A stretch of DNA of 14,338 nucleotides from Archangium sp. (GTDB lineage: Bacteria; Myxococcota; Myxococcia; Myxococcales; Myxococcaceae), in NCBI GenBank assembly GCA_031367385.1, contig JANLPS010000174.1:1-14338 (forward strand), written 5' to 3'. The translations under genes and the position numbers were made by a program. Each line of letters starts with the position of its first letter. Position 1 is the stretch's first letter. The notes under the pieces were generated by a model, which saw only the letters and a list, made by a program, of their open reading frames with translations, ran no database searches and was not told where the DNA came from. Positions 8,701-14,338 of this stretch are shown here, one piece after another.

Positions 8701-10131
8701 GCCGCGATACCGGCCGAGGTGCCCTACATGTACTGCTCTGACTACGAAGTCGGAGCCAACCTGATGTGCAACCGCCACGACCAGGGCGCCGACGTCTACG
8801 AGATGACCAGCAAGTGGGTCGAGCGCTTCAACCAGTCGTACGTGTTCTCGAACTTTCGGCGCGACCGCTTGATGTACTCGCCGGCCTCGGTCGCCTCGGG
8901 CAAGTTCGGCCGCTACCTGGGCAACATTCCCAATGTGTACCAGCAGTGGTTGTTCAACATTTATGGCCTCAGCAACTACCTGCAGCTTGCGCCCGAAGAG
9001 CTCGACAAGTTCTACGGCTTGGGCGACCCGCTCTGGCAAAACTACTGGACGATGGCGGTCGTCGACTCGACCAACACGCTGATGCAGCAGCTCGCGGTGC
9101 CGTCAATCGGCTACCACGGCCGCCGCGCCGACGGCACCTGGGTCTCGATACCGACGACCGACAATCAGAACCGCCGGCTGGGTGACGCGGCCGAGGCCGA
9201 GTTCGTGACCCGCATGAAGCTGCCTGCCAACGGCGGGTACTCCGACGTGCTCTACGTGCCCCGTGGCGCGGGCCGCAGCATGTTCTCGGTGCACGACACC
9301 TTTGGCTACGACAACTACTCGCGCGTCAACGAGGCCGGCCACTTCTGGGACGTGTACGCCTCGATGTTGGCGCTCACCACCAGCGAGACCAACTTCTTGG
9401 GCGTCGACCGTGGCTCCGACGCGCTCAAGTATTCGCTGCCGTACTACACCACGTTCAACCGTGAGCTCGCGCCGCTGTTCAGCGCGTACTGGGCAGAGAC
9501 CCCTGAGGTGTTCGCCCCGATGTTGGGCAAGAACCCCGACGGCACCGGGTCGGTCGTGCTGCCGACGTTCTTGCGCTCAGACACCTACGTGTACGGGTTC
9601 AACTACCCGCCCGCGGCGACGCCTCCGGTCGATGCCAATGGAGCGCCGATGGTGATGTCGAAGGTGCTGCCGACGCCGACCTGGAGCTCGCGCTTCTACG
9701 CCCAGCTGTGGGGCATGGCGTTCTTCACCACCAACTTCAACCTGGAGTACGCCGAGTACAGCAAGGTGTACCGCTTGGGCTCGAGCGAGGCGCTCACCCC
9801 GGCCGCCGGGTTCGATGTGATCAAGTTCGACGACCCGTTCGGTGGTGGGTACATCTACGCGGCGCTGCAGAAGCAGGGCGACACCTCGAACCCCGCTGGC
9901 CCGGTGATGGTCAGCCGCGCCGCCGCCCAAACCGACAAGTGGAAGCAGGCGTGCCGGCTCGACAAGGGCTTGCCGCCGAACGCCACGGTCGATCTGCCCT
10001 GCCGCGGGGGCACTGGCACCAACAAGGTCGACGGCAAGAGCACCGCGCAGTGGGAGAGCGACGTGCGCGAGAGCGTGCGGTCACTCGAGATGATGCGGGG
10101 CCTGTACGACATCTTCGGCCGGGCGCTCTAA
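5770..10131 (+). CDS. Large lipoprotein, zinc-dependent metalloprotease (metzincin; DUF4953/EcxA-like catalytic region), paralog 2
   Basis: 1453-aa ORF starting 2 nt after the previous stop, with GGGAAGG at 5753-5759. Lipobox LVA|C (Cys 5860-5862), GPSAMDPETG, HEIGHTLGLMH (7984-8016), Met-turn STIMDY (Met 8206-8208), YMYCSD...CNRHD. It is colinear with paralog 1 along its whole length. Confidence 0.9.
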   Translation: MTTLLNSKVAPMTASFSKLTVACAAMVLVACGQPAIIDRTQPNYIKKSDLTSGTWYIHESVVDAPKTLTGATVIGSSSEMEKIRWEIQEDMLVAYRSYEVVAGADPRVDRAKSSIGHVVTQDGKPYKGNPVYAYKITSHFDRQRQYNASTGEQSNVLLEDTADRPWNEREYIRVNWGSSLIRNESACNGPYDHGKCLHGLVLPHFISSEDARAEDSAPTFERDSSGALTYFDFTSQLLTEPPSIYYPGYGRLPYCLFNPQVDCETANIKVRTSVMKVDEAHVTDYEPLVYGEKLMKKFGFFRNETYAYNRDYYYTESGRQLFAMRHDIWKQSKEPMVDANGNQVVDAVTGYQKLQTIPVSKRALKPVVYYMTENTPRSLWGAATMRHAQADGFNPKDTIEASWDHSFRRTVAVPRGLEANDIPQMFYICESPVPAGAPEACGKPGTYARIGDLRYNIIPYVEQNAGGLLGLGPSAMDPETGEVVHAAANVYGLGIDTWSGGSQQIIDVVNGDLSIEKLVTGQDQKDYVFSNLNATDARRPLSGPWQSQQGLTADPTKPTSTFMKTSGHLADLMAVWKSQGSMPVQKQNRRAVVEQLLAKNPALENELINLPEVKLGLDSLVTDSAFKAKLSGDPAFMHQVARNMLLGIDPIEDARSRAKNTPDPTVGCLFEASYDDPDYVGLAKRKKKLYGELVTKLGTSGNASCANQSSCTPDEAATLARTGVWDSLRREAYRSVTTHEIGHTLGLMHNFIGSADALNYQDGYWDLRKDTIGVQVGGKRVLAVTPQNMLDATKPNQRQLDNDMYEYTYSTIMDYGARVNSTNMGTGKYDDAAILFAYSGGFEPGWVEVFNQMRTDYDQPNISVPVDNQAKVFTVRGAHVEIPVAIAEHYTPVSSLYTDKYHYSTLPFHFADQSASFETMLDQGIARMNSRSFRRWSEMSAHYARLEVALKDFNLSQAGLQQSDYVRARDIINMAGGAAIPAEVPYMYCSDYEVGANLMCNRHDQGADVYEMTSKWVERFNQSYVFSNFRRDRLMYSPASVASGKFGRYLGNIPNVYQQWLFNIYGLSNYLQLAPEELDKFYGLGDPLWQNYWTMAVVDSTNTLMQQLAVPSIGYHGRRADGTWVSIPTTDNQNRRLGDAAEAEFVTRMKLPANGGYSDVLYVPRGAGRSMFSVHDTFGYDNYSRVNEAGHFWDVYASMLALTTSETNFLGVDRGSDALKYSLPYYTTFNRELAPLFSAYWAETPEVFAPMLGKNPDGTGSVVLPTFLRSDTYVYGFNYPPAATPPVDANGAPMVMSKVLPTPTWSSRFYAQLWGMAFFTTNFNLEYAEYSKVYRLGSSEALTPAAGFDVIKFDDPFGGGYIYAALQKQGDTSNPAGPVMVSRAAAQTDKWKQACRLDKGLPPNATVDLPCRGGTGTNKVDGKSTAQWESDVRESVRSLEMMRGLYDIFGRAL

Positions 10132-10141
10132 GCCCGGGGCA

Positions 10142-10171
10142 GGGGGGACCAGTCGGGTTCCCTCCGTTCGT
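10142..10171 (+). terminator. Possible terminator hairpin after the protease operon
   Basis: Stem ggggggacc (10142-10150)/ggttccctc (10156-10164), 9 bp including 2 G-U pairs, 10 nt after the stop. The U-tract is poor (cgttcgt). Confidence 0.35.
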
Positions 10172-10276
10172 CCTGAGGGACTCGAAGCCTGCCCTGAGGA
10201 ATCGAAGGGGACCCGTTTGTGCGAGTGCTCGGCGGTCCTTCGACTGCGGCCCTTGGCCTCCGCTCAGGATGACCGG
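10164..10276. repeat. Degenerate palindromic REP-like element related to the one at 28-123
   Basis: Outer arms ccgttcgtcctgag (10164-10177)/ctcaggatgaccgg (10263-10276) match at 12 of 14 positions. Inner arms are tcgaaggggacc (10202-10213)/ggtccttcga (10234-10243). There is an internal direct repeat cctgagggactcgaag (10172-10187)/cctgaggaatcgaag (10193-10207). It shares the TGAG-n3-4-TCGAA core. Confidence 0.7.
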
Positions 10277-10307
10277 GTTCCAAATAGGGGCTAAGACTGC
10301 CCCCCAC

Positions 10308-11129
10308 GTGCAACTGGCGCCTCGTCAGCTCGACCTGTTTCGTGCGCCGAAGCCCGGCCAAGCGCCGAGCGCGACCGCCCTCAAGCCGCAGCTGGTCAGC
10401 CCACCAGCGCCGACCCCCGTCGAGCCTCACCGCCTACCGGCGCAGACGCAGGTCACCGGGCTGGCGAAGTCACTCGCGCAGAAGCTCGCCCATCACGTCG
10501 GCTCCGAGCTCAAGGTGTTGCTGACCGTTCACGACAACAAGTCGACGATGATCAGCTTTCGGCGTCAGCCGCCGTTGCTCAAAGTGCGGTTGCATCACCT
10601 CTTTCTCGAAGCCCCCGACACCGTCATCGAAGCCATCGCCGACTACGCCGCGCGTGGCCGCCGGGCCTCGGGCCGGGTGCTCGACGAGTTCATCGCGAGG
10701 CATCAAGAGCGCATCAAGGCCACCGCCTCGACCCCGACCAGCCTCGTCGCGCGCGGAGAGTGCTTCGACCTCCAGGCCTTGTTCGATGAGATGAACGCGC
10801 AGTACTTCGGCTCGGCCATCACCGCGCGCATCGGCTGGGGCCGCAACACCTCGAAGCGGCGCCGCAAATCGATTCGCCTCGGCGTGTACGACCACAAGGC
10901 CCGCGAGATTCGCATTCACCCGGCGCTCGACAAGCCCGACGTGCCGCGCTTCTTCGTCGCCTTCATCGTGTTTCACGAAATGCTGCACCAGCTCTTCCCC
11001 AGCGGGCGAGACACGGGCCGCAACGTGCACCACCCGCGCGCCTTTCGCGCTCGCGAGAAGACCTTCGCCCAGTTCGCCGCCGCGATGCAGTGGGAGCGCG
11101 AGCACTTGGGTCAGCTCTTGCGTCGCTGA
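10308..11129 (+). CDS. SprT/YgjP(DUF45)-like zinc metalloprotease-domain protein with N-terminal QLDLF motif
   Basis: 3' part of ORF 9708..11129; the start is probably GTG 10308 (alternative ATG 10269). It has the SprT-like pattern LFDEMNAQYF..I.WGR..RLGVY..IRIHPALD, then HEMLH (10974-10988) and a downstream HHPRAF giving a third His. Confidence 0.8.
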   Translation: MQLAPRQLDLFRAPKPGQAPSATALKPQLVSPPAPTPVEPHRLPAQTQVTGLAKSLAQKLAHHVGSELKVLLTVHDNKSTMISFRRQPPLLKVRLHHLFLEAPDTVIEAIADYAARGRRASGRVLDEFIARHQERIKATASTPTSLVARGECFDLQALFDEMNAQYFGSAITARIGWGRNTSKRRRKSIRLGVYDHKAREIRIHPALDKPDVPRFFVAFIVFHEMLHQLFPSGRDTGRNVHHPRAFRAREKTFAQFAAAMQWEREHLGQLLRR

Positions 11130-11722
11130 CCCGTCTTCTTCTTCGCGAGCACCGCGAGGCCACGCGGCGAGACCTCGTAGCCGACCTCGAAGCTCTGGGT
11201 CAGGCCCAGCTTCTTGAGCTTGCGCACATCGACCTTGAACGGCAGCGTCTCGCGGCCAAGCGACGCGGCGAGCTTCGATGCGGCGATGCGCGGGCGCTTT
11301 TGAATCAGCTTCAAGACCTTTCGTGTCCACGGTTCGTCGCGGTCGAGGCGGGCGAGCTTTTTTTCAATCACGTCGAGCTCGTCGGGCGTGGGGGCGGTGA
11401 GCGCAGTCTCGACGCGATCTCCATCGCCTCCGTAGTGGAGCTCGATGCGAAACATCGCCAGGTCATCGGTTGCGGTGTCGGGGGCGAACTGTCTCACGTA
11501 CTCGACGAGCTCGGCCTTGTCGGTGAAGCCGGCCTTCTTCGCGTCGGCCGATGTGATGCGCCCCAAGGTGGTGGTGCGCAGGGCGTCGACCTCGACCACT
11601 CCGATCGGGTGCACGCGATACCGGCCTTTGGGCTTGACTCGCGCCTTGGGCCACTGCCGAAAGGAGAGGGTAATCGAACCATCGACGAGCCCAGCATGAA
11701 ACCGTTTCTGGAAGAGGAACAC
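11111..11722 (-). CDS. ASCH/PUA-like domain protein with C-terminal winged helix-turn-helix
   Basis: 203 aa, GTG start. The N-terminal half is ASCH-like (G.IT..FR.W...; ITSADAKKAGF). The C-terminal ASKLAASLGRETLPFKVDVRKLKKLGLTQSFEVGYEVSPRG has a wHTH pattern. It overlaps the convergent SprT-like gene by 19 bp. Confidence 0.7.
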   Translation of the reverse strand: MFLFQKRFHAGLVDGSITLSFRQWPKARVKPKGRYRVHPIGVVEVDALRTTTLGRITSADAKKAGFTDKAELVEYVRQFAPDTATDDLAMFRIELHYGGDGDRVETALTAPTPDELDVIEKKLARLDRDEPWTRKVLKLIQKRPRIAASKLAASLGRETLPFKVDVRKLKKLGLTQSFEVGYEVSPRGLAVLAKKKTGQRRKS

Positions 11723-11745
11723 GACATGCCCGTATAACGAGTCGC
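11723..11745. promoter_or_regulatory. Candidate bidirectional -10 element for two leaderless divergent genes
   Basis: The 23-bp gap contains near-palindromic cgtataacg (11731-11739). TATAAC lies 7 nt before the pyk ATG, and TATACG on the minus strand lies 8 nt before the GTG at 11722. Neither start has a clear Shine-Dalgarno. Confidence 0.4.
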
Positions 11746-13176
11746 ATGCGACGCGCGAAAATTGTGTGCACTCTCGGCCCGGCCAGCAGCAGCCAGGAGA
11801 TGTTGGAAAAGCTGATTCACGCCGGGATGGACGTCGCCCGTTTGAACTTCAGCCACGGCACGCATGCAGACCACCTGGCGACCATCGAGCGGCTGCGCGC
11901 CGCTCAGCTGAAAGTTCGAAAACCCGTGGGCATCTTGGGCGACCTGCAAGGCCCGAAGATTCGCACCGGCAAGCTCCAGCAGGGCGCCATCGAGCTGGTC
12001 GAAGGCCAAGAAATCTCGATCACGATGGACGAGTCGGTCTTGGGCACCCTCGACTTGATCTCGACGACGTACCCACACCTCGCGTCAGACGTGAACGTGG
12101 GCGACCGCATTCTGCTCGACGACGGGTTGCTCGAGCTCAAGGTGTTGCAGACCGACAAGAAGATGTTGCTGCGGGCCGAGATCATTCACGGCGGTACCCT
12201 GAAGAACAACAAGGGCATCAACCTGCCTGGCGTCGCGCTGCGTGCCGAGGCGCTCACCGCGAAAGACAAAGAAGACCTGATCTTCGGCCTCAAGGCCGGA
12301 GTCGACATGGTGGCGCTCTCATTCGTGCGCACGCCGCAAGACATCGACCAGTGCCGCGAGGCGATGCGTGAGGCCGGGCGAATCGTGCCGATCATCGCCA
12401 AGCTCGAGAAGCCCGAGGCGATCGCGCGGCTCGATGCGATTCTCGACAAGACCGACGGCGTGATGGTGGCGCGCGGTGACCTGGGGGTCGAGATTCCTCC
12501 CGAAGAGGTGCCGGCGATTCAGAAAGACATCATTCGCCGATCGAACGCACGTGGGCTGCCGGTCATCGTCGCGACGCAGATGCTCAACTCGATGATCGAG
12601 CACCCGCGACCGACCCGCGCCGAGGCGAGTGACGTGGCGAACGCGGTGTTCGACAACACCGACGCGGTGATGCTCTCGGGTGAGTCGGCCAGCGGGCGAT
12701 ACCCCATCGAGTCAGTCGAGATGATGGACCGAATCGTCGACGCGGCCGAGTCGGCGATGCGTCAGAGCTTCCCCCGGGTGGGGAGCGGCGAGGCGATGAA
12801 GCTGCCGGCCGAGTTCCCCGACGTGACGTGCGGCGTGGCGTGCCGGGCGGCGCGGGAGTCGGGTGCGGTGCTGATTGTCGCCTTCACGCTGACGGGGACG
12901 ACGGCCCGCTTGCTGTCGCGGTATCGACCGTCGGTGCCGATCATCGCGTTCAGCCCGAACCAAGAGGTTCGGCGGCGCTTGTCGTTGCTGTGGGGCGTGA
13001 TGCCGCGAGTGCTCGAGCCGGTGCAAGACACCGAAGAGATGGTGCGGCGTGTTGAAGAGGAGCTTCTCGCGCGTGGGTTGGCGCGGCGGGGCGAGCGCAT
13101 CGTGATCGTCTTCGGTGCGCCGGTTGGGCAACCGGGGCGCATCAACTCCCTGCGGTTGCACACGATTTCGATGTAG
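11746..13176 (+). CDS. pyk: Pyruvate kinase
   Basis: 476 aa with hallmark motifs KIVCTLGPAS, RLNFSHG, DLQGPKIR, IIAKLEKPEA, MVARGDLGVE, ATQMLNSM, PTRAEASDVANA and MLSGESASG. Confidence 0.98.
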   Translation: MRRAKIVCTLGPASSSQEMLEKLIHAGMDVARLNFSHGTHADHLATIERLRAAQLKVRKPVGILGDLQGPKIRTGKLQQGAIELVEGQEISITMDESVLGTLDLISTTYPHLASDVNVGDRILLDDGLLELKVLQTDKKMLLRAEIIHGGTLKNNKGINLPGVALRAEALTAKDKEDLIFGLKAGVDMVALSFVRTPQDIDQCREAMREAGRIVPIIAKLEKPEAIARLDAILDKTDGVMVARGDLGVEIPPEEVPAIQKDIIRRSNARGLPVIVATQMLNSMIEHPRPTRAEASDVANAVFDNTDAVMLSGESASGRYPIESVEMMDRIVDAAESAMRQSFPRVGSGEAMKLPAEFPDVTCGVACRAARESGAVLIVAFTLTGTTARLLSRYRPSVPIIAFSPNQEVRRRLSLLWGVMPRVLEPVQDTEEMVRRVEEELLARGLARRGERIVIVFGAPVGQPGRINSLRLHTISM

Positions 13177-13179
13177 CCC

Positions 13180-13197
13180 CCGAGCTGCCCGGCTCGG
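13180..13197. terminator. Short hairpin between convergent genes, possible terminator
   Basis: ccgagct/ggctcgg 7-bp stem with a gccc loop, followed by ttct, in the 40-bp gap between the pyk stop and the convergent stop. Confidence 0.35.
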
Positions 13198-13216
13198 TTC
13201 TGCACGGTCGTGAGTC

Positions 13217-14338
13217 CTACTGCGCCGTCACCGGAGCCCACCGGCGCGTGCCCCGAATTTCCTTGAGCAGCGCTTCTCCGGCGGCCCGTTCGCTCTCGAC
13301 CGGGCTCAACGCAACGGCCCGAGACAAATGCGGCTCGGCGAAGCGCCCAAGGGCCAAGAATTCAGCTCGCCCGACGCCCGAGGCCAGTGGCGTCGAGAGC
13401 CGTGTCAGCGAAGCCGACAGCCCCGTCTCGGCCGATGGCGCCAACAGCTCGAGCCGAATGACCATCGTTCGCTTCAGCACCCGCGGCGCAGGCGTGATGC
13501 TGAGCGGTATCAACGCGTCGGTGCGCTCTTGCGGCAGCAAATACAGCGCGCGAAGGCCAGGGGTCAGAAAGTAACTGCGCTCCCAGGTGTCGACCATGGC
13601 CTTGGCCTCATCGGTGAACAGCCCGTCGGCGACGAGGCTCGCCATCAAGGTCGCCTTGAGTGCCTTGACGAACTCGGGCAGCGGCTGGAGCTGGGTCGGC
13701 ACCAGGGCCTCGACCGGGTCGCTCCCCACGTCGCCGACCTCGACGAAGGCCGCGCCCTGATTGGTGACCTGCATCAGCAGCACGCGACCCGCCGCAGCCG
13801 CCGCCGTGTTGACGAACCGCGCTCGCTCGGCCCCCGGCCTGCCGTGAACCGTCGCCGTCACCGGCAACTCGAAGTCACCCAAGCCGCGGTAGAACAAGAA
13901 CTGCTCGTGTTGCGTGGTGGCGCCGTCGGGCGACTTCACCGCCAGCGCATTCGAGGCCACGTTTCGCGCAAAGCGCCAGCTCGCGTCACCAATCGGGCCC
14001 GCCAGCACCGGCCTCTCGGTGCGACCGAGAATCTGCACCTCTCCCCAATCGAGCGAGCTGAAGGCCGACCTGAACGGCATCGTGAACTTCTCGGCGCACG
14101 ACTGGGGTAGCGACATGCTCGACGAGAGCCATGAGTCGATCACCACCCCTTTGCTGTCGTCGAAGACCGGCGGCGCCACGCGCTGAACCCAGGGAAACCA
14201 CTGCGTCAACAACCCATTGGTAAACGAGACCGACACCGACGCGACCTGCGGCATCGGCGAATAGAAGTAGGTCACCGGGGTCTCCATTTTCTGAAACGTA
14301 TTCGAGCTCGGGTACGCCGCGACCTGCGCGACCCGGTC
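13217..14338 (-). CDS. Conserved uncharacterised protein ('METPV.YFY...FLFYRG.G' family), 5'-truncated by the window
   Basis: The frame stays open past ATG 14287 to the window edge (DRVAQVAAYPSSNTFQK-METPVTYFY). Motifs GLLTQWFP, W.FAR, EQFLFYRGLG, GLFTDEAKAMVDTW..SYF..PG.R.LY.LP and PL.ITP.P...R match an unannotated family I recognise from other bacteria. Confidence 0.75.
   Translation of the reverse strand, partial: DRVAQVAAYPSSNTFQKMETPVTYFYSPMPQVASVSVSFTNGLLTQWFPWVQRVAPPVFDDSKGVVIDSWLSSSMSLPQSCAEKFTMPFRSAFSSLDWGEVQILGRTERPVLAGPIGDASWRFARNVASNALAVKSPDGATTQHEQFLFYRGLGDFELPVTATVHGRPGAERARFVNTAAAAAGRVLLMQVTNQGAAFVEVGDVGSDPVEALVPTQLQPLPEFVKALKATLMASLVADGLFTDEAKAMVDTWERSYFLTPGLRALYLLPQERTDALIPLSITPAPRVLKRTMVIRLELLAPSAETGLSASLTRLSTPLASGVGRAEFLALGRFAEPHLSRAVALSPVESERAAGEALLKEIRGTRRWAPVTAQ

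Noticed and set aside
7624..9039. 471-aa ORF on the minus strand
   Set aside because: Same antisense shadow effect over paralog 2.
9708..10307. N-terminal ~200 codons of the 473-aa ORF 9708..11129
   Set aside because: Overlaps paralog 2 out of frame and runs through the hairpin and repeat region. The R/G-rich translation looks spurious, and the real gene probably starts at 10308 (or 10269).
10470..14201. Alternative-frame ORFs (10470..11330 -, 11090..11737 +, 11494..12078 -, 13328..14110 + and others)
   Set aside because: All overlap better-supported genes that carry recognisable motifs, which is typical of GC-rich shadow ORFs.

Overview
GC-rich bacterial DNA; the gene content suggests a myxobacterium (Myxococcota), which is an inference. 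The first 10 kb is a tightly packed three-gene operon. It encodes a predicted ~12-stranded outer-membrane beta-barrel followed by two tandem, diverged paralogous ~1450-aa lipoproteins, each with an intact metzincin zinc site (HExxHxx[G/N]xxH plus Met-turn). Two related palindromic REP-like elements bracket the operon. Downstream lie a SprT/YgjP-like HExxH metalloprotease with an N-terminal QLDLF beta-clamp-type motif, a convergent ASCH-like/wHTH gene, pyruvate kinase (divergent from the ASCH gene across only 23 bp), and the 3' part of a conserved uncharacterised 'METPV.YFY' family gene. The strongest candidates for undescribed biology are the barrel plus twin giant lipoprotein-protease module and a possible clamp-tethered, SPRTN/Wss1-like bacterial protease. 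No database searches were run, so novelty is unverified.
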